DNA from: the human T2T-CHM13v2.0 reference genome, Homo sapiens | Assembly: GCF_009914755.1 (NCBI RefSeq) | Contig: NC_060948.1 | Strand: one strand, 5' to 3' | DNA: 64,000 bases | Translations under genes and position numbers: made by a program | Part shown: piece after piece, positions 28,966-46,050 of the stretch | Layout of the letters: each line of letters opens with the position of its first letter | How positions within the stretch are numbered: the first letter of the stretch is position 1 | The notes under the pieces: generated by a model | What the model was told of the DNA's origin: nothing | What the model saw: only the letters and a program-made list of their open reading frames with translations | Database searches by the model: none

Positions 28966-31900
28966 GGATTATCTAATCATACTGTGGACTATTGCCAAAT
29001 CTGCAGCAGTGAAACTCTGGACACATTCTGTGTCTGGTAAAGTCACACTTTGGAACCAAGAAGAATTTCCAGCCTTACTTCCCTTGACAGAGCCTATCGC
29101 TAAGACAGTCACAACATAGATCCAGGATAGAATTCCAACAATAAATCCCTGAGCAAAAACTATAGCTGAAACTGCCATACCATGGATCCTCGATGAAATG
29201 CCACCAACAAATCCCTGGAAAAAATACAGCCTGAATATTTAGCAGTAAATACCTGGCACTATCTGAATTTAACCCAGTCTCATTGTGGATCTTGGCTTAT
29301 TTGTCAGTAGGAAACTACTCTACACAGTTCCATACTGAAACAATAACACTGTGAACCCACGTTGAGTCTCCAGCAATACTTTCCTGGAAACAGTTGGGAA
29401 CTGATATAATCACATTAGGGACCCATGCTGAATCACTAGTGATGAATTCATGGATATATTCTTCTATATGTGATACGGTCACAACACCTATCCAGGCTGA
29501 ATCAGTTATTAAATCACTGGACATACTCTGAAACTGATATACTCACAACATGGATTCTGGCTGAAACTCTAGGATTAAGTCCCTGGGCACGTGATATGTT
29601 CCTACCATGGACCCAGGCTGAAAGTCCAGCAGTATCTTGGATTCAACCATGGATTCTGGGTAGAATGCCAGCAATGAATCCCTGGAGAGAGGCTACAGCT
29701 GACATTGTCCTACCCTGGAACCAGGCTGAATTTATGTAGAAGGAAATGCCTGGACACCGTCTGAAACTTATACAATCACAAAGAGGATCCTGAGTGATTC
29801 TCCAGCACTAAATTCATGGACATGGGCAATAGCTGATGCAGACCAGCTGTGGACCAAACCTGAATTTCCAGCAGTAAATCCCTGGACAAAGTCTGTAGTT
29901 GATAGTACTATACCATGGATACAGGATGAGTCTCCAGCAATAAATCCATGGACACAGTACGTATCTTATATGATCAAACCATGAGCCCAAAATGACTCTT
30001 CAGCAGTAAATCTCTGTACACTACCTGAATCTGATACCATTATCCTGTGGACACAAGCTGAGTCTCCAACAGTAAATCCGTTCACAGAGGCTGGAACTTC
30101 CACAGTCACACCATGGGCCCAGGCTGTATCTCCAGCAGTAATTCCACGGACACAGCCTATACTTTCCACAGTCGTACCTTGGACCCAGGTTGAATGTCCA
30201 TCAGTAAATACCTGGAGAACGTCCATAGCTGATGCCATCACACTGTGGATAGGGGCTGAATTAACCGCAGGATATCAATGGATACTGCCTTGGGCTGCTA
30301 CTGTCACACTGTGGTCACAGTCTGAATCTCCAGCAGGAAATCTTTGGACACAGTCTGTGTATGACACAGACACACCATGGCCTCAGGCTGAATCTCCAGC
30401 AGTAGTTTGCTGGACAGAACATGTAGCTGATACACACCGTGGACTCAGTTTGAATTTTTAACAGTAAAGCCTTGGATCCAATCTGTATCTGATACGCTCA
30501 TACCATGGACCCAGGCTGAGTCTTCAGCACTAAAGCATTTGACACAGGCAATAGCTTATACAATCAAGCTGTGGAACCAAGTCAAATCACCTGCCATAAA
30601 TCTCTGGAAACAATATGAAACGAATATGTTCACATGGTGTACTGAGGTTGAATCTCCAAAAGTAAAGGAGGGGACACATCCTATACCTGCTACAGTTATA
30701 CCACTGAACCAAGCTGAATCTGTAGGAGTAAATCCCTCCACAAAGCTTGAAACAGAAATACTCATACTGTGGACCCAGGCTCATTCTAAAATCAACAATC
30801 TCTGTACATATACTCTACTTGATAGAGTGAAACCATTGGCTAAGGATGTTTGTGTAGCAGTAAACCCATGGAGACAGTCTAAAACTGAAATAGTCACATC
30901 ATGGGCCCAGGATCTGTTGCCAGCAATAAATCCCTTAACAGTGGCTGTACCTGGTATAGTCACACTGCAGTACATGGCTGTATCTCTAGTAATAATTCCC
31001 AGGAGAGAGGCTCTAGCTGATACAGTCATAATATGGACACAGACAAAATCACCAGCAATCAGTTTCTGGTTGTAACCTCTGCCTGGCACAGTCAAACTAT
31101 GGACCCAAGCAAAATATACACCCGTTATCACTTGGAACCAGGCTGAATTTCCAGCTAGAAATCCCATGATACAATCTTAGCCTCCAATTGTAAAGATCTG
31201 AACAGAGTCTGAATCTCTAGCCCCAAGTCCTCTGTTATAGGTGGAGACTGATACAGTCATACCATGGACCCAGACTGAATCTTTGGCAGTAAATCCCTGG
31301 ACAAAGCCTGTTGCTGATACACTCACACTGTGTACACAGCCTGTAACTCCATCATTAATCGTTTTTTCACAAACTTTTCATGATACACTGAAAGCATGGG
31401 CTCAAACTGAATGCTTACCAGTAAATACCTGGACAGAGGCTGTAGCTTCCAAAATTATACCCTGGACCCAGGCTGAATTTCCAGCAGTAAATCCTTAGAC
31501 AGAGCCTTTTGCTCATACGGTAACAATTTTGGCACAGGCTGTATCTTCAACAGTAAAGATCTGGCCACAGCCTTCATTTAATACAACCAACTTATGTATT
31601 TAATACAACCAATCTGAATCTGCAGCATTAATTACATGGATACAGCCTGCATCTGATACATACATAGGATTGATCCAATCTGAATCTTCACCAGTGAATT
31701 CCTGGAGACTGCCTATATCTAATATATTATCATTGTGGACCAAGCCTGTATCTCTAGCAGTCAATCTGTGAATAGAGGCAATAGCTTCCATAGTCATACC
31801 TTGGACCAAAGCTTTACTTTTAGAAACAAAACCCTGGACACATCCTGTATCTGATATACTTATGCTGTGGACCCAGGTTGAATCTTCTGCAGCGATTACC

Positions 31901-32295
31901 TCCACACAGGCAGTATCTGACACAATTATACTGTGGCTGCATGCTGCAGGCCTCCAGTAGGAATTACCTGGATACAGACTGATCTGATCTTCTTATATCT
32001 TCTTATATCATGAAACAATGATGAATCTCAACAGAAAATTCAGGGGCATGGGCTGTAGTTTCCACCGTGTTACCATGCAACCAGTTATCCCTTCAGCAGG
32101 AAAAACCTGGACATCTACCTGTGTCAGAATCAATCACCCCGCAGACCCAGTCTGAGTCTCCAGTAATGAACACATGGACAGAGGCTGCAGCTTCCACACT
32201 CTCAAAGTGGACTCATGATGATTTTCCAGATGCAAATGCTTATACACAGAGCGAAATGGGCACATACTGGACAATGGGTAAAACTGAAGCTAAGA

Positions 32296-32671
<376 letters not shown>

Positions 32672-33974
32672 TCAACCTGATACTCATGACCTGTGATTCA
32701 TGAAGAAAATCAAGCATCTATTTTATGGACACATCATGAAATTGAAAATATCAATGAATGGACGTTGTCTGAATTTGGAACACTTATATCTTGGACAGTG
32801 CTTGTACCACAAGCAGCAGAACCATGGCCCCAGCCTGAAGCTCTGCTTAGCACACCTTTGTTTAAAACTGGATCAGAAGAAAATGAAACCTTGGGCTCAA
32901 CCAGAATTTCAAACACTGAGCACATTTACTCCATTTGGACCTGGTAAACTAGAATCCTGGGCCAAACATAATACTACTACATTGAAAACAAGGATCTAAT
33001 CCGAAACTGATGTCTTCTACCCGTGCACCCAATCTGAAGTAGGTACAATGAGATCCCAGACCATTTCTGAAGAAGATACAGTAAAACTATGGAACTGGAC
33101 TGAAGCAGGCACAATCCACCCCTGGACTCAACCTAAAACTAATACAATCAGACTTTTGACTCATGTGAATTTCAAGCAGTCAGACCCTGGACCCTGTCCT
33201 TGTCTGATACACTGTTGTATCAGGCTGAAATGCAAGCTGCAAAATGCTTGACCATGCCTGACATTAATACTGTGAGTTCTTGGTTTCAGACTCAAAACAA
33301 TGTAAGAATAAATGTTACTCAACCTCATTCTCGAGCAGGTACTACCTGGATGCAGCCAGAATGGCAAATAATCCACCCATGGAACCAATCTGAAAAGAAT
33401 GCAGTCAGACCCTGGACCCAGTCTGAAGGTGATGTTCTGCAACCTTGGATCTATGCTGAAAGCAATACAGTCAGACTCTGGGCCCATTCTGAAACTGATA
33501 AAATAAAACAATATACTGAGCCTGAATCTCAAGCAATTAGGATGTGGCCTGAAGAGGATATGTTCGCACTTTGGTCCCCAACACAAAACGATGCAGTTTG
33601 GCCATGGACCCAAGTGGAATCACAAATGACCCACTCCTGGACCCAGAATCAACTTAGTATAAATTACCCTTGGACTCAGCATGTACCTGCTGCAATCAGA
33701 CCATGGACTTACTCTGAAATTCAACCCTGCACCCACCCTGAAGCCAATACAGTGATAAGATACTGGTTCCAGACTCAAATGAGTTCATTAAATCCTGGGA
33801 CCAACCTGAAACTGAAGTATTCCAAATTTGGACTGTAAGCCAAGTAATAAAACCCCAAAACTTCATTGAAATTGATACAGTCACATCTTGCTTACAGACT
33901 CAGTGTGATACAATTAGACCCTAGGTTCATCCTGAAAGTCAGCCACTCTCTCCTTGGCCCCACACTGAAGCTGG

Positions 33975-34438
33975 TGTCAGGCCTCTGAGCCCAAGCTAAG
34001 CCATCATATCCCTTGTGACCTGCACGTGTACATCCAGATGGCCTGTAGCAACTGAAGATCTACAAAAGAAGTGAAAATAGCCTTAACTGATGACATTCCA
34101 CCATTGTGAGTTGTTTCTGCCCCACTCTAACTGATCAATGTAATTTGTAATCTCCCCCACCCTTAAGAAGGTTCTTTATAATCTCCCTCACCCTTAAGAA
34201 GGTTCTTTGTTATTCTCCCCACCCTTGAGAATGTACTTTGTGAGATCCACCCCCTGTCCCCAAAACATTGCTCTTAACTCCACTGCCTATCCCAAAACAT
34301 ATAAGAACCAATGATAATCCCACCACCCTTTGCTGACTCTCTTTTTGGACTCAGCCTGCCTGCCACCAGCTGAAATAAACAGCCATGTTGCTCACACAAA
34401 GCCTGTTTGGGGGTCTCTTCACACGGACACGTGAGACA
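33975..34438 (+). mobile_element. Solo LTR7 (HERV-H) inserted in the giant exon
   Basis: Starts 'tgtcaggcctctgagcccaagctaagccatc', has the internal 'cccttaagaaggttcttt' repeats and AATAAA, and ends 'cacacggacacgtgagaca'. Flanks gctgg/gtttg look like a decayed 5-bp TSD. Confidence 0.93.
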
Positions 34439-36341
34439 GTTTGTATATTTCAGCCCTGGACTCAGCAAAGAGTTACTACAAATCGTTCGTGGACCCACCC
34501 TGAAACCCAAGCAGAGAGACTCTGGATCAAGCAGGAAACTGAAGATAGAGACAGATCTTCGTTTTACATTCAAATGAATAAAGGCAGACCATGGGTTTAT
34601 TTGAAATATCAAATAGTCGGCGCCTGGATCCAGCCTGAACTTGATGTAATTCACTCTTTTATCCAGTCTGAAACCTTCCTATTAAGATTCTGGCCCAAGG
34701 TTCTATCTCCAGTAGTCAAACCATGGATCTTGCTTAAAGGAAGAACACTCATATCTTGGATACTGCCTGTAACCCGAGCAGACACTGGATCCAGTCTGAA
34801 GTTCATCTTATTGAATCCTTCGGTGTTTTTAAAGCCGGCAAAGTGAGAACCTGGATCCAGCCTGAAACAGAAATACTAAGACCCAGAACCCTATAAAGCT
34901 GTTATAATTGATCATTTTCTCCTCCTGAAATTGAGCCGAACAGAGAAACACTATTAACGAGTCATTTTGGCTGCTTGTCCAAACGTGTACCCTTTTTGCC
35001 AGTAAAAACTGTTTATTCCCCAGATCGGTATTTTATAGCTTTGTCAACTGAGATAACTGCCACACAAAGCCAATATAAAATCAATTCTATCCAACCAAGC
35101 CAGTTTACAAGCATTTGGCTTCCTGGAAGAGTTGTTTACCAGCTCTATGGCAGGAAATTAAAAATTATCAAGACAAAAGAAAGCCCTCATGTCCCAAGTA
35201 CCTCTCTTATCTCTCTTTATGCTTTTTCTTTATTCATTCTTGTTCTCTTCCATCTGTATGTACACTGACCCCTTCTTGTTCAGTCTTTTCTTCTTGTACT
35301 TTCCTTTCATTCTGTATTTTCCCATCTTGCTCAGGTATTTCTCCTCTGGTCTCCTCTCCTATTCTGCTATCCATAGGCTCTTTTGCTAATCCTCCTCAGA
35401 ATATATTTCCCTCAGCATTTACTAAAGAGTCAATTCTTTCTCATTCTTTTTCATCCTTGCATACTGCTCCAGCCGCATTTTTAACAAAACAACCTCTCCT
35501 GATGCCTGGATCTCAGTCTGGACCCAAGCCTGAACAACAACCTCTTAGGTATTCAGAACTCAGTGTTTCCCTGGGTGAGTGTCAACTAGCTGTGATTTGG
35601 AAAGAAAGTTTCCAGGCTTTCTGGCTCTTCAGGACAGCTGTTATTTCCCATGAAACCACAGGCAGCTTTAGTCGAGTCAGATATTTGAGTTAATGTACTT
35701 GGTATGAAGACTCCTGTTGAACCCTAAAACCAGAGTTTGTAGCAACAGAGGTTATGTTCTCAGACCGTTGCAAAACCAAAATTTAGGTTATTGTGTGAAT
35801 CAGCAGAGATGTGTAAATATTGAGAGAATATTTTTTTTTTTTTTTTGCCAAACAGGATGTTTGAGCTATGTGTTATGAACACAATTCTATTCAGACAGCA
35901 GTATTTTAAAGATAGCCTTACTCCTTAGAAAGGTTTTATTATTTTCACTTGAGGTATATACATATATACACACACTATTGGATAATAGTATAACATCTTG
36001 GATACTAGTATCAGATATAAATAATAATATACTACATATATAAACTATATATACATATATTTATATATAGCATCTATATAGTATATATGTGTATATATAT
36101 AGTATATATGTAATAGTGTGTGTGTATATATATATACGCTTTATTGTTAGAAGGGGAAGTATGAAGATAACCTCTGTACTATATCTAAAATTGTGGGATG
36201 AATAATGTATATTTCTATGTATTTTCTCAGAATTGAAGATAATGAATTTCCAAGCATTTTTCTAAAAGTCTAAATTTAGATGTTAGAAAAGGAAGGGTAG
36301 TAACACTAATCACTCTATACCATGTGTGGGTTCCTCTGCAG

Positions 36342-36662
36342 AGTGTGGATTATGCCCTGGCATTATCCCTGTCTGTCCCAACTGCTGGGAGGCAGAAATT
36401 GGTGAATTCTGTTGGGTGATTTCTGCACAAATGTTTTTCTCCCATTTTTGTGCTGGCTCCATACTACATGAACAGTGGATCATTAGCACAGCTAGATGTG
36501 TCAATTTTATGTAAGTCTGAGCAATTCATTTCAAGATTATGATATCATTATAAAGCAAGTAAAACATTGAGACTGTTACTGAATATGTTTCTTTTCTATT
36601 TATTTATTTATTTTTGTTTGTGTGTGTGAGACAGAGATAGGGAAAGAGAGAGAGATAGAGAC

Positions 36663-36709
<47 letters not shown>

Positions 36710-38041
36710 GAGAGAGAGAGACTCTCCCTCTATTGTCCAGGCTAAAATGCAGTGGTGTGACTCACATTAGCCTCAAACTCCCAATATTAAGGGATGCTCC
36801 CACCTCAGCCATCTGAGTACCTGGGACCGCAGGCACACGCTACTGCATCTGGATAATTTTGTTGTTGTTGTTCTTGCTGTTGGTAAGGAAAAATTCTCAT
36901 CATGTTGACCAATTGGTCTCAAATGATCCTTGAAAATAGTTTCTAAAGTACTATTTGCAACTGAGTGCTTACCTGGACTTCATGTGATTCACGTGAACTC
37001 CAGGGTTTTTTCACACTGAAATGTGGAAATAATAAGATTTTTTCCTTGATTTTTTTTTCCCCCAAAAAAATGCAGAAGCCCTGGCTGTGGTCCGAGTGGG
37101 GCTTATTGACCTCCAGGATCCTGCCCAAGCTGAGATTGTAACCTTTGAGCATGCCATGCCCTATTTAGGTCCCAAGGGACCTCTAGGACCTGGGTTGATC
37201 TTCCTGAAGCAACCACTACATTTTCAACCCAGGTTCCTTCCTATACGCCTGGAGCAATGTCTGGAACAAGAGAAAATATACAACTATATGACTGTTGGCT
37301 ATGTAGTTGGTCCCTTATGAGGGGGTGACTAAAGAAGAAGACACTGGAATGAAAGAGAAGCATGTTTAGGAAGAGAATAGTATCCTCTCATGAATAATAA
37401 AAGATTTGTCTTTCCCTTCACCATACTTCTCCCTCTAATGTGGGCTAAAATTTGAAGACAAACACAAACACCTCTTCTCTGTTTTCTATCAGAAAGTCCT
37501 GGAATTGTGCAAAAACGGCACCTGAGCATCCTACAAGTCAGCACTTGTGCCCAATTTTGGCTCAAGCTGAATGAACTCACTTTCTGGGTGGAGGCCAAGA
37601 AAGCCATGTGGATGGCTGACTATCAGGTGACAAATTCATGGGGTATAAATATCAGGGAGAAAGAGGAATATCTTGAAAACCAAAAGTTACTTCTGGCCCT
37701 CCTTTAAAATATTGTTTGATATCTTGCCTCTTGTTTCTTGCAAGGTGACTTGGGAGCACCTTTCGTATGCCATCTACAGCAAGAGGACACTTGGGTGCAA
37801 GTGGGAATCTTGAGTCACTTTGAGGACCATTGCACAAAGCCCTAGGTCTTCAGCCAAGTGCACCCTTTCCTTTTCTGACTCCAGGGAGTGACACAGTCTA
37901 GCTATGCTCCCTGGTACAAGCAAGGGCCCATGACTACCTCTGCTTCTATGTCCCATTCAGTCTCTACCTCTACAAATGCTTCAGCTTTTACCTCCACCCC
38001 TGCTTCTCTTTGGCCACACTTCTCTCTGCCACAGCCTCAGA
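36342..38041 (+). pseudogene. Trypsin-like domain 1 (four exons) with in-frame stops
   Basis: CAGSILHEQWIISTARC; FLPIRL; GDLGAPFVC. In-frame TAG at 37843 and TGA at 37876; frameshift near 37275; acceptors near 37065 and 37743 read AA instead of AG. Confidence 0.85.
36600..36930 (-). mobile_element. Diverged Alu with (GA)n microsatellite (~36645-36720)
   Basis: 'gtccaggctaaaatgcagtggtg...ctcccacctcagcc' and a (GA)n run. Confidence 0.8.
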
Positions 38042-39495
38042 GTAAGGCTCAAAAACTTGGTAGAGGTAATAAAGGAAGAAGAGAATGGAATTAGAAAAGA
38101 AGAGAGGGAAGCAGAGAGGAAAGAAAGCTCTTCCTGTAAAATATATGAGTTTTTTATCTACCAAATCACAGAAATTATTTTTATCGTGGTTTACAAAGGT
38201 ATTTCACACTTGATCTATGATTCAATTTCCATTGTATCCCTGTATGATATAGATTACTGTATAATATAGGTCATGAAACATGATTACTATAGTTATGTTA
38301 ATTGCTTACTCTTATACTAGATAAGTAGAATGGATTGTTCAAGTTCTTATGGCAAAAGATGAATAGGACTAACATTAAGACACACTCTCCTAACACAAAG
38401 TCATTTCTACCACACAGTATCTTACATGTGTAATAGAATTATTTTGAATTGAATATATTTTAAGTTAAAGACATTATGATGTTTGGAAACAGCATAGCAG
38501 TTGGTAAGTAATGTGTTTTAGGTGCTGGTGTACTAGACTGTATTACATTGTGATTATCAGTTTCCTCCTTCCCTTGGCTATCAGAAAACCTATCACAATA
38601 TTAGCAATGGCTATTTCACATTACTGTACTTCCACTTATTTCCTTAGAAACTGAGGGATCTCTTTTGGTGTCATGTACTAAATGTGCACTTAACCACAGC
38701 TATATTATAGCTAACACCTATTGTCATAGCTACAGTGAATAACACATTAAAACACAAAGGAGGCCACAATTATTTGCTCACATTCTGCAAAGTCTGATTC
38801 AAAGACAACTACACTTAAGATCATAGTTATGCTTCTAATTTCATCTATATTTCCTCACCTCTTCTAGAGAGAGCCTATCTTCATCGTTTTTATATCTGTA
38901 ATATGTGCATTAACTGGCATTGCTTCAACTCAGTTTTCTGAGAAACTCTCAAATGTTTTTTAAAATATGAGCTATTTCCTTAACCCCAAACTTGAATGTT
39001 CTATTTAAACTGTCATTCTGATATCACACTAAGATTGTAAGTTCAGGAAGATAAGCTCCCTCCAATTTAGAGACAGGAGCCTTATCTCCAAATTTTTCCT
39101 TGTTTATCTAATATCTCCAAATCAAATAATTTTTTGTTGCCCATCTACTTTGATAACTTTTAAGTAGCTAAAATCATAGCTATGTAAAGGTTGCAATGGG
39201 GAGAAAGCTGGAATGACTCCCAGTACTTTGACTGAAGAAATTTAAGTTAGGACATAAAGAAACTGTGAACTTAGAAAAATAGTAAAAGGAAAACTTTTTT
39301 TTTTTTTTCAGAAAAATGTAAAAACAAAAACAAAGGAAAAACAGAAAAGAGGTAGAAGTTTGTGTTTGCTAGTCATATTTAACAATGCTGACCTGGTTAG
39401 CAGAAATAGGAGGGATCTAAATTTTTTTTTAAATGGTCTACATGTGGCAATTCTATTCAAATTAATTGTGTGAATTTTCCCCTTGGCTTTGGCAG

Positions 39496-42442
<2,947 letters not shown>

Positions 42443-43055
42443 CCTAGTGACTATAACTACTGATGCCACAGTCTGGTCACAGTATGATAAAACGCCAGAG
42501 CATCAACAAGGAAAATTTTGACTTAGCCTTCCAAAATCTATCTAAATATACCTTCAATAAATATGGCTTTTCTTCGTAATAACTGCTTTCTACTACTTCC
42601 TGAACTAATGCATGGCCTTGGATTGTTTTCATTCTTGAAAATGATTCAAAAGTTCATATTTAACATGAACGTGAATGCAGGATTTTATTTATCAGCAAAA
42701 AAAATTTTCAAAATGATGCGAAATACAAATGTGGAATTGTATTTGTGAATATTAGTCTTTCAAATTATATTTTTATCCCAACTAACTCACACAATGTTTT
42801 GTAACTATCTGCATATTCTCCTCAGGTGGGGGAAAAACAGTATCAGAGTTCTTGAAGAATTTATGAAAAAGAAAATGACAATACTATACAAGGTTTAACC
42901 TATTCACAATACTGTATTTAGTGAATGAAAACATTACTTTTAAAATCCTACTTAAGTATTGAGTAAATAAATAAAGCATATTATTTCAATAACTCTAAAA
43001 TACGTGTTCACGAAGACAATACAACAAGGGTTAAAATACATAAACAAACAAATGA

Positions 43056-43370
43056 GGCCGGGCATCATGGCTTGCACCTGTAAGCCCAGCATTTTAAGAG
43101 GCCAAGGCGGGCAGATCACTTGAGGTCAGGAGTTTGAGACCAGCATGGCAAATATGGTGAAACCTCATGTCAACTAAAAATACAAAAATCAGCTGGACAT
43201 GGTGGCATGCGCCTGTAATCACACCTCCTTGGGAAGGCTGAGGCAGCGGAATCGCTTGAAGCTGGGAGACTAAAGTTGAGGTGAGCTGAGATCATGACAC
43301 TTCCCTCCTGCCTGGGTTACAGAGCCAGACTCTGTCTCAACACACACACACACACATACACACACACACA
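43056..43370 (+). mobile_element. Alu (AluS-like) with (CA)n tail
   Basis: 'ggccgggcatcatggcttgcacctgtaa...gactctgtctcaacacacaca'. Confidence 0.9.
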
Positions 43371-44460
43371 AATCTAAAAAAATGGAAAAAAAAATCTGTA
43401 CTAGAAAAAGAGCTCACAGGCAAACTCACATATCTAACAGGAAAAAAATGTCCTTTAAACAAAGGTGGCACAAGAGGCAAATTTAAAAAAAACAAATGTA
43501 TCAGCTTGCATATAAAGTACAAATAATATACTGAAGAGAACCACAAGGGGAAAAAAATCAAAATTTATAAGTATGTACTCTAAAAGAAGCTGAAAGTCAC
43601 TTAAAAATTTTCTGGATTCTATGTCTCTATATTGCAAAAATGATCATAAAATTTGCAGGAGCAGAACAATCAAAATCTATCTTAAAACTCAGTAAGCACT
43701 TCAAGTCTCACATAAGAATTGTAACAGAAAATGGATGTGTCTGCAGTATTTCCACACAAATCTGAACAAACACTATTTCTTCATACTCTTTGTTTCACTA
43801 TTCTAAGAAAATAACCTCCATATTAATATTAGGTGATGCGACAAAGCAGGTCTTCATCATGATAAGCAACACTGGGTGTCCACACCAGTACCCAAGTGGG
43901 TCTTAATTCCCGGCCAGTTTCCCTCCCTGGGCACATACCAGAGGAGTCAGCCATTTTGCAGTCTCTTCACATTTCCTCCTCTGAGCCCAATGTGGTCCTC
44001 CAGATTCTCTGTGTAGTGGCCTCTTTTGTCTGGGTAGCAGGGAAGTGTGAGTGAAGACGGCAGAAAGGAGAAATCACGTCAGGGGAGCCTGGGTTCATCG
44101 TAACCGAAAATGATGGGCCTGGGAGAGCCATTCTGGGAGGACGCAGACCTAGACAGGCCTTGGGGGGACATCTGCATGGAGGGTGAGAGGGCCCTGGTTG
44201 AGCCCAAACTGAGCCCCAAGTGTTAGTCAGCCTCAGGGTGGGGAAGGGAGCCAACTAGAGATGTTGAGCAAGTTATCCCTTAAGACTTGCTTCTCACCCA
44301 CTGACCTTAGACACTTATGCCTCTCAGGTGACTTAAGGTGCCCTAATCCTGAAATGTGAGTGTTACAGTTCCCTGAAGTCCGTTTCTCCTTCAGCCCATG
44401 GATGGCCTGGGATTGCTCACTGCAGTCTCTTCCCTGAAGCTTGGGTTCTCCTAACCTGAC

Positions 44461-46050
44461 CTCCTCTCTGTTCCCTCTCTAATGGCCTCCCTCCCTCGGG
44501 AAGTACTGAAGGGGATTGAGCCACAGGCCCTGGCTGATGATCTGGGGGACTGAAGAAGGGGGTACAGGACAGGTCAGGTCATGGCTCAAAGCCAGTTCCC
44601 CAGAGGCCAAGGAATGACCAGCAAGGTTTTTCCCATGATGCCCCACCGTGGCACCCATCTCAGCAATCCTGCCGGGACCTGGGTAGCCAGGGGCAACCAA
44701 CCAGCTGAAGAAGGTCAGATGTAGGTGTACTGCCTGCAGCTGGAGGCTTGACCTTCATGATCCCACAACCACTGGACTGCAGTGGAATGAGACACCCTGT
44801 TTCTTGGAGGGATAGGAATCAGGAAGGTTCATGCCAGACATACCCTCCCACACACAACCTCCCCTACCTTGCTGGGAGGCACTCCTTACCAAGGATGCCA
44901 ACGCAGTACTCCTGAATGATCACTTCATTGTGGAAGTAAAGGCTGTTACAAAAGGAAACCTTCATCCTGATGCCAGTACCTGGGGTGGCTGAGTTCCTCC
45001 ATCTACCTGGTCAAGAAGGAGAAACAGGATGGACTCAAAGGACCATTTCATGTAGCTGGACTGAAGTGGCCTGCTAGCTGGAGTGAAGCATGTGTTTCCC
45101 CTTCTCAGCTGTCCTGCTTAGACACCCCTGGGCCCCAGGGGGACCGCAACCTCACCCAGGCACTGGACCACTCCCACAGATTCAGGCTCAGCAGCCTAAC
45201 CTGCAAATCCATCATGTAGCTCAGCAGGACTTCATCATTTGTGACCCTGGTCCATATCTGGGCCCAAGTCTTGAGCACCATGTGTTTCTGGGGTAAGCCT
45301 GCTGGACACAGGCACAGGGAATAGGGGTAGTTCCATGGCTGGCATGGGCATAGAGACTCCCCTTCCTCCAGGGACTTTCCCAGGGAAATGTGCCCTTCGA
45401 CTTTCTGCAGTGCATAAAGGGTCCTTTGCGCTCCTATTCTCTCTTGTGAGTGCTGTGCTTTGCTTCCTGTCCCTACTCTACGTGCTCTCAGGGCAACTGC
45501 AAGCAAGCTGCCCTCCTATCTGCAGAAGTCTGGCCTCTGCTCCCTTCATTGTTCCTCATCCCCTGACTCCTGGATGACCTCCAGTGCCTACCAGCTGGCT
45601 CCCCGCAACCCTGCTCCTGGGACCTAGGCGCCCACCCCCTGCTGCCAGCCATCCCGAATTAGCAGCTGCGAAGACATGGCTCTGGCCCGGAAACCGGGGA
45701 TGCCCTGTGGCTTGAGGCATTTACAAAGCCCAGCTGCAAATGATGGACCTCCAGCGAGTCCGTTGCGGGCCGGGGCATACTGGGGCCAGGGCCCGGCTCT
45801 GCCCAGTGGTCCTCCTGCTGCTGCTCCACGTCGGCCTCTTCCTTGGCCACCACTTCCACTTCTGTCGTGATGTCATTTACCAGGAGCACGCCTCTTCCCC
45901 CCAGGCCGCCCTCTCCCGCAGAGCCTCCAGACTTAACACGGTGCCCTCCTAGGGCTCCCACAGACCAAGGTCTGAGCCGCCCACCCCACGCCCCTGGCAC
46001 CCCTAGACTCTGGGGGCCGCTCCTCGAGAGGCCCGGGGGCCTCGCCTAGC
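44461..46050 (-). pseudogene. TSPY: Unprocessed TSPY pseudogene (exons ~46050-45678, ~45245-45201, 45006-44890, ~44802-44659, 44541-44461)
   Basis: VLLVNDITTEVEVVAKEE...AEPGPGP matches TSPY exon 1. NDEVLLSYMMDLQ, YFHNEVIIQEY, FFSW...RIAE and IISQGLWLNPLQY match the NAP/SET-domain exons. Frameshifts, an internal deletion and lost GT donors are present. Confidence 0.9.
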
